DNA from: an uncultured Acidobacteriota bacterium
Lineage (GTDB): Bacteria > Acidobacteriota > Thermoanaerobaculia > Multivoradales > UBA5704
Direction: 5' to 3'
Length of the DNA stretch: 64,000 nt
Assembly: GCA_963718645.1 (NCBI GenBank)
Contig: OY970373.1
Span: 5,802,452-5,866,451, forward strand
How positions within the stretch are numbered: position 1 is the first letter of the stretch; each line of letters begins with the position of its first letter. Both the position numbers and the translations under genes were made by a program. Positions 1-11,270 of the stretch are shown here, piece after piece. Under the pieces are notes generated by a model that saw nothing but the letters and a program-made list of their open reading frames with translations, made no database searches and was not told where the DNA came from.

Positions 1-1
1 C

Positions 2-247
2 TACGCCGCCGTGCGCACGGCGGCCCAGCGGATCGAGACCAGCCGCACGCTCCTGCAGAGCGCCGAGGAGTCCGAGCAGGCGACCTCGGAGCGCTACCGC
101 GCCGGCGTCGGCAGCATCCTCGATCTGCTGACCGCGCAGAGCACGCTCGCCTCCGCTCGCGCTCAAGAGGTCCAGGCGCGCGCCGACTGGCTCCAGTCCC
201 TGGCCCAGCTCGCGCACGACACCGGCAACCTGAAAGGCCAGCCATGA
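2..247 (+). CDS. Outer membrane efflux protein (TolC-like outer-membrane factor), C-terminal fragment; start lies upstream of the window
   Basis: ORF runs in from the window edge. C-terminal coiled-coil/alpha-hairpin sequence typical of outer-membrane factor (OMF) family proteins. Stop overlaps the start of the adaptor gene (ATGA at 244). Confidence 0.6.
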   Translation, partial: YAAVRTAAQRIETSRTLLQSAEESEQATSERYRAGVGSILDLLTAQSTLASARAQEVQARADWLQSLAQLAHDTGNLKGQP

Positions 248-1392
248 AACATCGCGTCCGCCTCCTCGCCTGCGGTCTCACCGCCCTCCTCGCCGCCTGC
301 TCCGGCGGCAAGGCCGACAGCCCGGCCGGTAAAGAAGGGAAGGGGAAGGCCCAGCCGGCGGTGCCGGTGACGACCGGCGTGGTGGCGTCCAAGACCGTGC
401 CGGTGGAGCTGGAGGCGGTCGGCAAGGTGGAGCCGCTGTCGACCGTCTCCGTGCTGGCGCGCGTCGGCGGCGAGCTCACCGGTGTCCGCTTCGCCGAGGG
501 GCAGGAGGTGCAGAAGGGGCAGATCCTGTTCACGATCGATTCCCGTCCCTATCAGGCCGCCCTCGACCAGGCCCAGGCCGCCGTGGCCCGCGACAAGGCG
601 GTCGCCGCCAACTCGGCCGCCGACCTCAAGCGCTACGGCGACCTGGTGCAGAAGGAGTACGTCACCCGCGAGCAGTACGACCGCATCGCCGCCGACACCG
701 CCTCGTCCGGCGCCACCGTCAAGGCCGACGAGGCGGCGGTCGAGGCGGCCCGCCTGCAACTGGAGTACTGCACCATCCGCGCGCCCCTCACCGGCCGCAC
801 CGGCAGCCTGCTGGTGCACGCCGGCAACCTGGTCAAGGCCAACGACGCGCAGCCGCTGGTAGTGATCCACCAGATCCAGCCGATCTACGTCACCTTCGCC
901 GTCCCCGAGGGGGAGCTGGCAGGCATCGAGAGATACCGGCGCGAGGGCCATCTCACCGTCGAGTCGGTCCCCTCCGAAGGGAACGGCGCGAGCCAGGAAG
1001 GGACCTTGAGCTTCGTCGACAACCAGATCGACCGCACCACCGGCACCATCCTGCTCAAGGCGACCTTCCCCAACGCCGTCCGCTCGCTCTGGCCGGGGCA
1101 GTTCACCAAGGTGCGGCTCACCCTGGCGCGGCAGGCCAACGCCGTGGTGGTGCCGGCGCAGGCGGTGCAGACCGGCCAGAAGGGGCAGTACGTATATGTC
1201 GTGCGGCCGGACCAGACGGTCGAGGCCCGCGAGGTCCAGGTGGCGCGCACGGTGGCGGGCGAGGCGGTGGTCGCCGCCGGCCTGATGCCCGGCGAGACGG
1301 TGGTCACCGACGGCCAGCTCCGCCTGGCGCCGGGCATGAAGATCCAGGCCAAGAACGGCGCGCCGGCGCCTGCGGTTGGAGGGCAGGCATGA
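244..1392 (+). CDS. RND efflux periplasmic adaptor (membrane fusion protein, AcrA/MexA family)
   Basis: Lipoprotein-type N-terminus (LLACGLTALLAAC). Conserved membrane-fusion-protein core (biotinyl/lipoyl hairpin motifs, 'RAPLTGRTG'). Translationally coupled to the upstream OMF and the downstream RND pump. Confidence 0.85.
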   Translation: MKHRVRLLACGLTALLAACSGGKADSPAGKEGKGKAQPAVPVTTGVVASKTVPVELEAVGKVEPLSTVSVLARVGGELTGVRFAEGQEVQKGQILFTIDSRPYQAALDQAQAAVARDKAVAANSAADLKRYGDLVQKEYVTREQYDRIAADTASSGATVKADEAAVEAARLQLEYCTIRAPLTGRTGSLLVHAGNLVKANDAQPLVVIHQIQPIYVTFAVPEGELAGIERYRREGHLTVESVPSEGNGASQEGTLSFVDNQIDRTTGTILLKATFPNAVRSLWPGQFTKVRLTLARQANAVVVPAQAVQTGQKGQYVYVVRPDQTVEAREVQVARTVAGEAVVAAGLMPGETVVTDGQLRLAPGMKIQAKNGAPAPAVGGQA

Positions 1393-4300
1393 ATCTCTCG
1401 GCGCTGTTCATCCGCCGGCCGATCATGACCACGCTAGTGATGAGCGGCATCCTGCTGTTCGGCATCATGGGCTACCGGCTGCTGCCGGTCTCCGACCTGC
1501 CGAACGTCGATTTCCCGACCATCCAGGTGCAGGCGGCGCTGCCGGGGGCCAGCCCGGAGACCATGGCCTCGGCGGTCGCCACCCCCCTGGAGAAGCAGTT
1601 CACGACCATCGCCGGCCTGGACTCGATGATCTCGAACAACATCCAGGGGAACACCCAGATCACGCTGCAGTTCAACCTCAACCGCAACCTCGACTCGGCC
1701 GCCCAGGACGTGCAGTCGGCGATCGCCGCCGCCTCCCGACAGTTGCCGCCGGACATGCCGACGCCGCCGTCCTATCAGAAGGTGAACCCGGCGTCGCAGG
1801 CGATCCTCTACCTCACCCTGACCTCCGAGACGCTGCCGCTGTCGACCATCGACGAATATGGCGAGACCCTGATGGCGCAGCGGATCTCGACGGTCTCGGG
1901 CGTCGCCCAGGTGCAGGTCAACGGCGCCCAGAAGTACGCCGTGCGGGTGCAGCTCGATCCCCAGGCCATGGCCTCCTCCGGCCTCGGCGTCGACCAGGTG
2001 GCGACCGCCGTCCAGGGGGCCAACGTCGACCTCCCCACCGGCACCCTCTACGGCGCGCACCAGGCGTTCACCGTGCAGACCAACGGCCAGCTCACCGACG
2101 CCGCCGCCTACCGGCCGCTGATCGTCACCTACAAGAACGGCTCGCCGGCGCGCCTGCAGGACCTCGGGCGGGTGATCGACAGCGTCGAGAACGACAAGAC
2201 CGCGGCCTGGTTCAACAACCAGCGCGGCGTCATTCTCTCCGTGCAGCGCCAGCCCGGGACCAACACCGTGGCGGTAACCGAGGCGATCAAGAAGCTCCTG
2301 CCGACGTTCCGCCAGCAGCTCCCGGCGGCGATCCACCTCGACGTCCTGTTCGACCGCTCGGAATCGATCCGCGACTCGGTGAACGACGTCAAGTTCACCC
2401 TGCTGCTGACCCTGTTCCTGGTCGTGATGGTGATCTTCCTCTTCCTCCGCAACCTGTCGGCGACGGTGATCCCCAGCCTGGCGCTGCCGATGTCGATCGT
2501 CGGCACGTTCGCCGTGATGTACCTGCTCGACTACAGCCTCGACAACCTGTCGCTGCTCGCCCTGACGCTCTCGGTGGGCTTCGTGGTGGACGACGCCATC
2601 GTGATGCTGGAGAACATCGTCCGCCACATGGAGATGGGGGAGTCGGCCTGGGACGCGGCGCTCAACGGCAGCCGGGAGATCGGCTTCACCATCCTGTCGA
2701 TGACGATCTCGCTGGCCGCCGTCTTCATTCCGCTCCTGTTCATGGGCGGCATCCTGGGCCGTCTGTTCCGCGAGTTCTCGGTCACCATCGGCATCTCGGT
2801 GCTGGTCTCCGGCTTCGTCTCGCTGACGCTGACGCCGATGCTCTGCAGCCGCTTCCTGCGCCCGCCGCACGAGCAGCGGCACGGCCGTTTCTACAACGCC
2901 ATCGAGGGTGCTTTCGACCGCTCGCTGAAGCTCTACGAGGTCGGCCTGCGCTGGTCGCTCCGCCACCGCCTGGCCCTGGCGCTCGGCTCGCTCGGCGTGC
3001 TCGCCGCCACCGGCTGGCTGTTCGTGCAGATCCCGAAGGGGTTCATCCCCGACGAGGACACCGGCCAGATGATCATCTTCACCGAGGCCGTCCAGGGGGT
3101 CTCCTTCGAGGCGCTCGCCGTCCACCAGCAGCAACTGTCCAGGATCCTGGAACAGGACAAGAACGTGGCGGCGTTCATGTCCTCGATCGGCTCGCGCGGC
3201 AGCAGCACCGGCCCCAACAACGGCCTCTTCTTCATGCGCCTGAAGCCGCGCTCCGAACGGCCGCCGGCCAAGGCGGTGATCGAGGAGCTCCGGCCGAAGC
3301 TCTCGGTCGTGCCGGGCATCCGCGCCTTCCTCCAGATCCCGCCCACGATTCGCATCGGCGGCCGGCTGACCAAGAGCCAGTACCAGTACACGCTCCAGGG
3401 GTCGGATATCGGCGAGCTCTACCGCGACGCCCCCCTGCTGGAGGCGAAGATGCGCACCCTGCCCGGCCTGCGCGACGTCACCTCCGACCTCCAGATCACC
3501 AACCCGCAGGTGCAGGTGGACATCGACCGCGACAAGGCGGCGCAGCTCGGGGTGAGCATGCGCGCCATCGAGGACGCGCTCTACTACGCCTACGGCTCGC
3601 GCCAGGTGTCGACCATCTACTCGCCCAACAACCAGTACCAGGTGATCCTGGAGCTCGAGCCGCAGTACCAGCGCGATCCCACGGCGCTCGGGCTGCTCTA
3701 CGTCCATTCGGACAGCGGCACGCTGGTGCCGCTGTCGGCCCTGGCGCGGCTGACCGCCGGCGTCGGCCCGCTGGCGGTCACCCACTCCGGGCAGCTCCCC
3801 TCGGTCACCATCTCCTTCGACCTCGAGCCGGGCACCTCCCTGTCGCAGGGGGTCGCGGCCGTCGATCGCGCCGCCCGCGCGCTCCTGCCGCCGACGATCA
3901 GCACCAGCTTCCAGGGGACGGCGCAGGCCTTCCAGTCGTCGCTTCAGGGGCTCGGGCTGCTGCTGGTGATGGCGATCCTGGTGATCTACCTCGTCCTCGG
4001 CATCCTCTACGAGAGCTTCATCCACCCGCTGACCATCCTCTCGGCGCTGCCGTTCGCCGGCTTCGGCGCCCTGGTGACGCTGATGCTCTTCCACACCGAG
4101 CTTTCGATGTACGCTTTCGTCGGCATCATCCTGCTGGTCGGCCTGGTGAAGAAGAACGGCATCATGATGGTCGACTTCGCGATCGAGGCGCAGAGGGACA
4201 AGGGGCTGACGCCGGCCGAGGCGATCTACGAGGCCTCGGTGGTGCGCTTCCGTCCCATCATGATGACCACCATGGCGGCGCTGATGGGCACCCTGCCGAT

Positions 4301-4538
4301 CGCTCTGGGCTTAGGCGCCGGCGCCGAGTCGCGCCGGCCGCTGGGCCTCGCGGTGGTCGGCGGGTTGCTGTTCTCGCAGCTCCTGACGCTGTTCGTGACG
4401 CCCGTCTTCTACGTCTACATGGACGGGCTCCAGGGGTGGTTGTCGCGGACCTTCCGCCGCTCGCGCCGGCCAGCGCCGGGAGAGGGGGAACGGATCGTGC
4501 TTCCTGATTCAGGCTTGAGTGCGCGAGCGAAAATGTAA
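1389..4538 (+). CDS. RND multidrug efflux transporter permease (AcrB/MexB family)
   Basis: 1049 aa. N-terminus 'MNLSALFIRRPIMTTLVMSGILLFG' and 12-TM two-large-loop architecture characteristic of the AcrB hydrophobe/amphiphile efflux-1 (HAE1) family. Confidence 0.9.
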   Translation: MNLSALFIRRPIMTTLVMSGILLFGIMGYRLLPVSDLPNVDFPTIQVQAALPGASPETMASAVATPLEKQFTTIAGLDSMISNNIQGNTQITLQFNLNRNLDSAAQDVQSAIAAASRQLPPDMPTPPSYQKVNPASQAILYLTLTSETLPLSTIDEYGETLMAQRISTVSGVAQVQVNGAQKYAVRVQLDPQAMASSGLGVDQVATAVQGANVDLPTGTLYGAHQAFTVQTNGQLTDAAAYRPLIVTYKNGSPARLQDLGRVIDSVENDKTAAWFNNQRGVILSVQRQPGTNTVAVTEAIKKLLPTFRQQLPAAIHLDVLFDRSESIRDSVNDVKFTLLLTLFLVVMVIFLFLRNLSATVIPSLALPMSIVGTFAVMYLLDYSLDNLSLLALTLSVGFVVDDAIVMLENIVRHMEMGESAWDAALNGSREIGFTILSMTISLAAVFIPLLFMGGILGRLFREFSVTIGISVLVSGFVSLTLTPMLCSRFLRPPHEQRHGRFYNAIEGAFDRSLKLYEVGLRWSLRHRLALALGSLGVLAATGWLFVQIPKGFIPDEDTGQMIIFTEAVQGVSFEALAVHQQQLSRILEQDKNVAAFMSSIGSRGSSTGPNNGLFFMRLKPRSERPPAKAVIEELRPKLSVVPGIRAFLQIPPTIRIGGRLTKSQYQYTLQGSDIGELYRDAPLLEAKMRTLPGLRDVTSDLQITNPQVQVDIDRDKAAQLGVSMRAIEDALYYAYGSRQVSTIYSPNNQYQVILELEPQYQRDPTALGLLYVHSDSGTLVPLSALARLTAGVGPLAVTHSGQLPSVTISFDLEPGTSLSQGVAAVDRAARALLPPTISTSFQGTAQAFQSSLQGLGLLLVMAILVIYLVLGILYESFIHPLTILSALPFAGFGALVTLMLFHTELSMYAFVGIILLVGLVKKNGIMMVDFAIEAQRDKGLTPAEAIYEASVVRFRPIMMTTMAALMGTLPIALGLGAGAESRRPLGLAVVGGLLFSQLLTLFVTPVFYVYMDGLQGWLSRTFRRSRRPAPGEGERIVLPDSGLSARAKM

Positions 4539-4609
4539 GGCATGTAAAAAATAGGGAGGGAGCGCGCGATCCGGGAAACTCTTCCCGGACCTCTGCGTTC
4601 TGAGGTGCC

Positions 4610-6154
4610 ATGGACCCACTCGAGAACAATCACAAGCAGCGCCGGTTCCTCATCATCGCGATCGTCGTGGTGGTGGGAGTCCTGGTCGCTCTGTTCTTCC
4701 TCCGGCGCGGCAAGGGCAAGGGCGGCGATCAGTACCGCACCGAAGCGGTCAGCCAGGGGAACATCTCCGCCACCGTGAACGCCACGGGGACCCTGTCGGC
4801 CGTCACCACAGTCCAGGTCGGCAGCCAGGTCTCCGGCATCATCTCCAAGCTCTACGCCGACTTCAACAGCCAGGTGAAGAAGGGGCAGCTCCTCGCCGAG
4901 CTCGACCCGACCCCCTTCCAGCAGACGGTGGAACAGCGCCAGGCCGACGTCACCAAGGCGCAGGTCGACGTCGCCAACACCCTGCTCACCTATAACCGCC
5001 AGAAGCGGCTAGCCGCCGTCGGCCTGATCGCGCAGTCCGACCTCGACGCGGCCAAGGCCGCCTACGACGGCGCGCGTGCCGGGCTCGCCCAGTCCCAGGC
5101 GGCCCTGAAGCAGGCGCAGACCAACCTCAACTACGCCAAGATCTACTCGCCGATCGACGGCCAGGTGGTCGCCCGCCAGTACGACATCGGCCAGACCGTC
5201 GCCGCCTCGTTCTCGGCCCCCACCCTGTTCACTATCGCCAAAGACCTGACCAAGATGCAGGTCCAGGCCGACGTCGACCAGTCGGACATCGGCCAGATGA
5301 GCGTTGGCGAGCCCGTGCAGTTCACGGTCGACGCCTACCCCGACCAGCCCTTCCGGGGCCAGATCTCGCAGGTGCGCCTGAACGCCACGGTCACCCAGAA
5401 CGTCATCACCTACCCGGTGATCGTCGAGGTGCCGAACCCCGACCTGAAGCTGCGCCCGAGCATGACGGCCAACGTCGTGATCCGCGTCGCCACCGTCCGC
5501 GACGTGCTGCGCGTGCCCAACTCCGCCCTGCGCTTCCGGCCGGCGACGCCGGAGGGCAAGACGGCGGACGGCAAGACGGCGGATACCAGGACCGCGAACG
5601 GCAAGCCGGCCGCCTCCTCCGACGCGCAGCCCGCCACCAGCGAGGCGGCCGCTCAAGCCCCCGGCCGGCCCGCCGGCACGACCTCCGGGATGACCTCCGA
5701 CCAGCAGGCCGGGATGACCTCCGATCAGCAGCCCGGACAGCACCGCCATCGCTTCGGCGGCCAGGCTGGCGGCCAGGCCCCTGGGCAGGCCGGCCAGGTC
5801 GCCGCGTCGGACGGCGGCGCTGGGAGTGCCGGCCAGGGCGGTGCCCAGGGCGGCGGCCAGCACTTCGGCCAGGGGGGCCAGGGGCGCGGCGGTCGGCGGC
5901 AGCAGGGGCAGACCGTCTACGTCCTGAACCCGGAGGACAACAACGACAAGACGCCTGCGATGCGTGCGGTGCAGATCCGCACCGGCATCACCGACGGCCA
6001 CTACACGCAGGTGCTGGCGGTGATCTCCGGCACGCTGAACCCGGGCGATCCGGTGATCACCGGCCTCGCCACGGTCAAGGTCGAGGCCCCCGCCGGCGCC
6101 AACCGTCCTCCGGGTGCGGGCGGCGGCGGCCAGCGCGGCCTGGGGCGGTTCTGA
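4610..6154 (+). CDS. HlyD/MacA-type periplasmic adaptor subunit with Gly/Gln-rich low-complexity C-terminal extension
   Basis: N-terminal TM anchor, coiled-coil and barrel-sandwich hybrid motifs of the MacA/HlyD family. C-terminal ~180 aa are low complexity (TSDQQAGMTSDQQPG repeats, GGQ runs). Followed by MacB-like ATPase and permease. Confidence 0.8.
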   Translation: MDPLENNHKQRRFLIIAIVVVVGVLVALFFLRRGKGKGGDQYRTEAVSQGNISATVNATGTLSAVTTVQVGSQVSGIISKLYADFNSQVKKGQLLAELDPTPFQQTVEQRQADVTKAQVDVANTLLTYNRQKRLAAVGLIAQSDLDAAKAAYDGARAGLAQSQAALKQAQTNLNYAKIYSPIDGQVVARQYDIGQTVAASFSAPTLFTIAKDLTKMQVQADVDQSDIGQMSVGEPVQFTVDAYPDQPFRGQISQVRLNATVTQNVITYPVIVEVPNPDLKLRPSMTANVVIRVATVRDVLRVPNSALRFRPATPEGKTADGKTADTRTANGKPAASSDAQPATSEAAAQAPGRPAGTTSGMTSDQQAGMTSDQQPGQHRHRFGGQAGGQAPGQAGQVAASDGGAGSAGQGGAQGGGQHFGQGGQGRGGRRQQGQTVYVLNPEDNNDKTPAMRAVQIRTGITDGHYTQVLAVISGTLNPGDPVITGLATVKVEAPAGANRPPGAGGGGQRGLGRF

Positions 6155-6156
6155 GC

Positions 6157-6959
<803 letters not shown>

Positions 6960-6963
<4 letters not shown>

Positions 6964-8189
6964 GAATCACGCTCCTGCGTCTCTGGAACATCACCAAAGT
7001 GGGACTGATGGCGATCTCGCGCAACAAGATGCGCTCGCTGCTCACCATGCTGGGGATCATCATCGGCGTCGCCTGCGTCATCACCATGGTGGCGGTGGGC
7101 ACCGGCGCCTCCAGCTCCATCCAGGCGACGATCAACTCGCTGGGCACCAACTTCATCATGCTGTTCCCCGGCGCCGCCAACACCGGCGGCGCGCGCATGT
7201 TCACCGACCAGTCGAAGATCACCCCGGAGGACGCCGACGCCATCAAGGCCGAGTGCCCGGCGGTCTCCTACGTCTCCCCCGGCGCCCGCACCAACGCGCA
7301 GGTGGTGGCGGGCGACGCCAACTGGGGAACGCAGGTCTGGGGCGTCGGCGTCGACTGGCCGTTCATCCGCGCCTGGAACGTGGCCGACGGCGACTTCTTC
7401 ACCGACGTCGACGTCCGCACCTCGACCCGCGTCTGCGTCCTCGGCGCCACGGTGGCCGAGAACCTCTTCCCTGCCGGCGACGCCGTGGGCTCCACCATCC
7501 GCATCAAGCACCTCCCCTTCCGGGTGGTCGGCGTGCTGGAGCGCAAGGGGGGCAACATGATGGGGCAGGACCAGGACGACCAGATCATCGCCCCCTACAC
7601 GACGGTGATGAAGCAGCTCCTGGGCTCGCCGCGGATCAGCATGATCTACATCTCGGCCCGCACCGCCGCCGAGGTGCAGGAGGCGCAGAACCAGATCGAC
7701 GCACTGATGCGCCAGCGCCACCGCACCCCGCCCGGCCAGGAGAGCGACATCAACATGCGCTCGCAGGAGGAGATCGCCTCGACCTCCGAGCAGACCTCGA
7801 AGACCCTCTCGATCCTGCTCGGCTCGGCCGCCGCCATCTCGCTGCTGGTCGGCGGGATCGGCATCATGAACATCATGCTGGTCTCGGTCACCGAGCGCAC
7901 CCGCGAGATCGGCGTCCGCCTGGCGATCGGCGCCAAGGGGCGGCACGTGCTGCTGCAGTTCCTGCTGGAGGCCATTGCGCTCTCGGTGGTTGGTGGGGCG
8001 ATCGGCGTCGGCCTGGGTCTCCTCGCGCCCGTCCTGGTGACCCGCTTCGCCGGCCTGCCCACCCAGGTGAGCTCGGGCTCCGTGCTCCTCGCCTTCGGCT
8101 TCGCCGGCGCCATCGGCGTCTTCTTCGGCTTCTACCCGGCCCGCAAGGCCTCGCGGCTCGATCCGATCGACGCGCTACGCTACGAGTAG
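6960..8189 (+). CDS. ABC transporter permease (MacB-like, FtsX domain)
   Basis: N-terminal TM plus large periplasmic domain, then a C-terminal FtsX-type 3-TM bundle ending '...RLDPIDALRYE'. Overlaps the ATPase gene by 4 nt. Confidence 0.85.
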
Positions 8190-8201
8190 GCTCCGCCGCG
8201 T

Positions 8202-9545
8202 TTGACGGCGGCCGGGAGCGCGGTTAGAGTCCTCTCGAACCGCGCTCTACAAGCCGCCGATCTCATGCCTGCGCCCGTGCCCACCCGTACCGACCCGGTC
8301 CGCGTCGCGCGCTGGGGGCTGTTCGTCCTCACCTTCGTCAACCTGTTCAACTATCTTGACCGCAACGTCGTCGCGGCGCTGCTCCAGGATCTGAAGGCCG
8401 ATCTTCATCTCACCGACGTCCAACTGGGATGGCTCGGGACCGGATTCGTCCTGGTCTACATGCTGACCTCGCCCGTCTTCGGCACACTCGGCGACCGGGG
8501 GAAGCGCCCGCGGCTGATCGCGGTCGGGGTGGCGATCTGGAGCGTGGCGACCGCCCTGGGCGGCTTTGCGCGAGGCTTCGTCAGCCTGTTCATCGCTCGC
8601 TCGACCGTGGGGGTGGGCGAGGCGGCCTACGGATCGGTGTCGCCGGCGCTGCTCGCCGATTACTTCCCGGTCGAAAAGCGGGGACGGGTGTTCGCCGTCT
8701 TCTCGGCCGCCATCCCGATCGGTTCGGCCGCAGGCTACATGCTGGGCGGGTTCGTAGCTGGCCACTGGGGCTGGCGCGCGGCCTTTTTCGTGGCCGGCGT
8801 GCCTGGCCTTCTGCTCGCCTGGCTCACCGCCCGCCTGATCGATCCGCCACGCGGCGCCCAGGACGGTGGCTCGACGGTGGAGGCGACAGGGCACGGCGTG
8901 ACGCTGGGCAGGCAGGCGCTCGCCGCCTACACCGGGCTGCTGCGCAACGGCCCCTACGTCCTGACCGTCCTCGGCTACGCCGCCTACACCTTCGCCCTCG
9001 GCGCGCTGGCCTTCTGGACGCCGACCTTCCTGGAGCGCGAGCGCGGCTTGCCGCAAGCGGACGCCACGGTGCAGTTCGGAGCCATCGTCGTGGTCACCGG
9101 CTTCGTCGGCACCTTCCTGGGGGGGTGGCTCGGCGACAAGCTGCTCCCCCGTTTCCGCGAGTCCTATCTCTGGGTCTCGGGAGTCAGCGCGCTGGCCGCC
9201 GTGCCGTTCGCCTGGCTGGTCTTCACCGCCCACGACCGTTGGCTCTACACGACGGCCATGGTGATCGCCGAGACGCTGATCTTCGTCTCCACCGGCCCGG
9301 TGAACTCGGCGATCGTCAACGTCGTCGAGCCGGAGCGGCGGGCGACGGCGGTGGCGCTGTCGATCCTCGCCATCCACCTGCTGGGGGACGTCCCCTCGCC
9401 GCCGCTGATCGGCCTCGTCTCCGACCACTCCTCGCTCGGCCGCGCCCTGCTGATCCTGCCGGTCGCCTTCGGCGTCAGCGGCCTGATCTGGATGTTCGCG
9501 GCCTGGCGGGGCGGGCGGACCCTCACCCCCGGCGCCTCTAGCTGA
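8202..9545 (+). CDS. MFS transporter
   Basis: 12 predicted TM segments. MFS signature-like 'GTLGDRGKRPRL' in loop 2-3. Confidence 0.75.
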   Translation: MTAAGSAVRVLSNRALQAADLMPAPVPTRTDPVRVARWGLFVLTFVNLFNYLDRNVVAALLQDLKADLHLTDVQLGWLGTGFVLVYMLTSPVFGTLGDRGKRPRLIAVGVAIWSVATALGGFARGFVSLFIARSTVGVGEAAYGSVSPALLADYFPVEKRGRVFAVFSAAIPIGSAAGYMLGGFVAGHWGWRAAFFVAGVPGLLLAWLTARLIDPPRGAQDGGSTVEATGHGVTLGRQALAAYTGLLRNGPYVLTVLGYAAYTFALGALAFWTPTFLERERGLPQADATVQFGAIVVVTGFVGTFLGGWLGDKLLPRFRESYLWVSGVSALAAVPFAWLVFTAHDRWLYTTAMVIAETLIFVSTGPVNSAIVNVVEPERRATAVALSILAIHLLGDVPSPPLIGLVSDHSSLGRALLILPVAFGVSGLIWMFAAWRGGRTLTPGASS

Positions 9546-10140
9546 GCCACTTCGCGAAGGCGTCCGGGTGGATGCTCCAGCCCAGGAAGCCGGCGAGCCC
9601 CATCACCACGCCGAAGGTGGCGAAGACGATCGACACCCCCACCAGCCACTTCTTGCGGGTCAGCGCGCTGACGCCCAGCAGGGCGATCGAGATACTGATC
9701 GCCGCCTCCGACATGTCGAACTGGTCGTCGTGCACGTTGAGGCGGTCGTACTCCGCCTGGGCCCCCTCGGCCTCGCGCTTGATGTCCGCCTTCTCCTTCT
9801 CATACTTCTTCACCGTCGCGTCGTAGGTGACGATCTCCTTGGCCACCAGGGCCGCCGCCTGCGGGGTCAGGCCCCCCTCCTGCTGGCGGAGCCGGAGCTG
9901 GTCGCCCACGCTCTCGGCGAGGTTCTGCTTCATCCCCTTCGCCTGGTAATACGACCACTGGTCGACCGCCTTGGCCTGCTCCTGGGACATCGCCTGCACG
10001 ATGTTGCCATCCTTGATGTTGCACAGCGCCATGACGGTGGCGAGGATCGCCACCAGCACGGCGATCAGGTTGTTCAGCCCGTCGTGCGATTTCTCGCCGC
10101 CTTCGACGATCTCGGAAATGGTCTCTTGAATGTCGCTCAT
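9538..10140 (-). CDS. Hypothetical membrane protein (DUF4337-like)
   Basis: 200 aa with two TM helices flanking a Lys/Glu-rich coiled segment. High GC3 coding signal on the minus strand. Confidence 0.55.
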   Translation of the reverse strand: MSDIQETISEIVEGGEKSHDGLNNLIAVLVAILATVMALCNIKDGNIVQAMSQEQAKAVDQWSYYQAKGMKQNLAESVGDQLRLRQQEGGLTPQAAALVAKEIVTYDATVKKYEKEKADIKREAEGAQAEYDRLNVHDDQFDMSEAAISISIALLGVSALTRKKWLVGVSIVFATFGVVMGLAGFLGWSIHPDAFAKWLS

Positions 10141-10238
10141 GGCGCAACGTTAGCCAGCTCCATGCCCCCCGTCAACGGGCAGAGGCCTGTCCCCGTCCTC
10201 CGGCCGGCGCGCACTAGCCTTGTAGGGAGGAGCGACGT

Positions 10239-11270
10239 TTGATCCTGATCCTCAGCCAGTCTTCATTGGAGCCCACGACCGAGGAGGTCATGGACTGGCT
10301 GTGGGCGCTCGGCGGCTCCTGCGTGCGCCTCAACGGCGACGACATCGAGGGTCGCTGCGCCCTCCGCTTCGAGATCGACGGCGCGGAGGCCTCCCTGGTC
10401 TTCACCTCCGACGACGGCGAGCTGCCGCTCTTGGAGGTCGGCGCCGTCTGGTTCCGCCGCTGGATCTTCGAGCGGCGCCACGAGTCCGTGGATCTGCTGG
10501 CGCGCCCGGCGGCGGACAACCACACGCTCCACTACGAGCTCCGGCGCCACCTCAACCTGGAGTCCCGGCGGCTCAGCGACTTCCTCTATTCGAGCCTCGC
10601 CGGCCGCCCCTGGCTCAGCCACCCCCGGCGCTCGAACCTCAACAAGCTCGACGTCCTCCAGCGCGCCGCCCGCGCCGGCCTCGCCACGCCGGCCACCCTG
10701 GTCACCACCGAGCGCGAGGCGCTCCGCCGCTTCTGCGTGGAGCGCGGGCCGGTGATCACCAAGCCGATCGGCGAGGTCGACGCCTTCCTCGACGGCGAGG
10801 TCGCGCACTACCTGTACACCACCGCTCTCGGCCTCGCGGAGATCGACGCGCTCCCCGCCCGCTTCGCCCCCTCGCTGTTTCAGGAGCAGGTGGAGAAGGC
10901 CTACGAGGTGCGGGTCTTCCACCTCGCCGGCGAGCTCCACGCGATGGCCATCTTCTCTCAGAACGACGACCAGACCCGGGTCGATTTCCGCCAGTACAAC
11001 CGGCAGCGGCCGAACCGCAACGTGCCCTACCGCCTCCCCGCGGAGACCGCCGCCGCCCTCCTCCGCCTGATGGCCGACCTCGACCTCGAGACCGGCTCGA
11101 TCGACCTGCTGGTGCGGCCGGACGGCGGCGAGGTCTTCCTGGAGGTCAATCCGGTCGGGCAGTTCGGAATGGTGTCGAAACCGTGCAACTACCCCCTGGA
11201 GCGGAAGGTCGCGGAGCTGCTCCTCCGCAAGGCCGATTCCGAGAAGAGCCATGATGAAAGACGACCCTGA
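10239..11270 (+). CDS. ATP-grasp ribosomal peptide maturase (grasp-with-spasm / RimK-like family)
   Basis: TTG start preceded by GGGAGG RBS. ATP-grasp fold motifs ('VITKPIGEV', 'EVRVFHLAGELHAMAI', 'GSIDLLVRPDGGEVFLEVNPVGQFG'). Sits in an operon with a SPASM protein and a small precursor gene. Confidence 0.8.
   Translation: MILILSQSSLEPTTEEVMDWLWALGGSCVRLNGDDIEGRCALRFEIDGAEASLVFTSDDGELPLLEVGAVWFRRWIFERRHESVDLLARPAADNHTLHYELRRHLNLESRRLSDFLYSSLAGRPWLSHPRRSNLNKLDVLQRAARAGLATPATLVTTEREALRRFCVERGPVITKPIGEVDAFLDGEVAHYLYTTALGLAEIDALPARFAPSLFQEQVEKAYEVRVFHLAGELHAMAIFSQNDDQTRVDFRQYNRQRPNRNVPYRLPAETAAALLRLMADLDLETGSIDLLVRPDGGEVFLEVNPVGQFGMVSKPCNYPLERKVAELLLRKADSEKSHDERRP

Noticed and set aside
1376-4507. 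1043-aa ORF (+) and 886-aa ORF (-) overlapping the RND pump gene
   Set aside because: Alternative/antisense frames of a high-GC gene. Translation is Arg/Gly/Pro/Asp-rich low complexity with no motifs. The AcrB frame explains the region.
8429-9541. 370-aa ORF in an alternative frame of the MFS transporter
   Set aside because: Arg/Gly-rich frame-shift artefact. The MFS frame has 12 TM helices.
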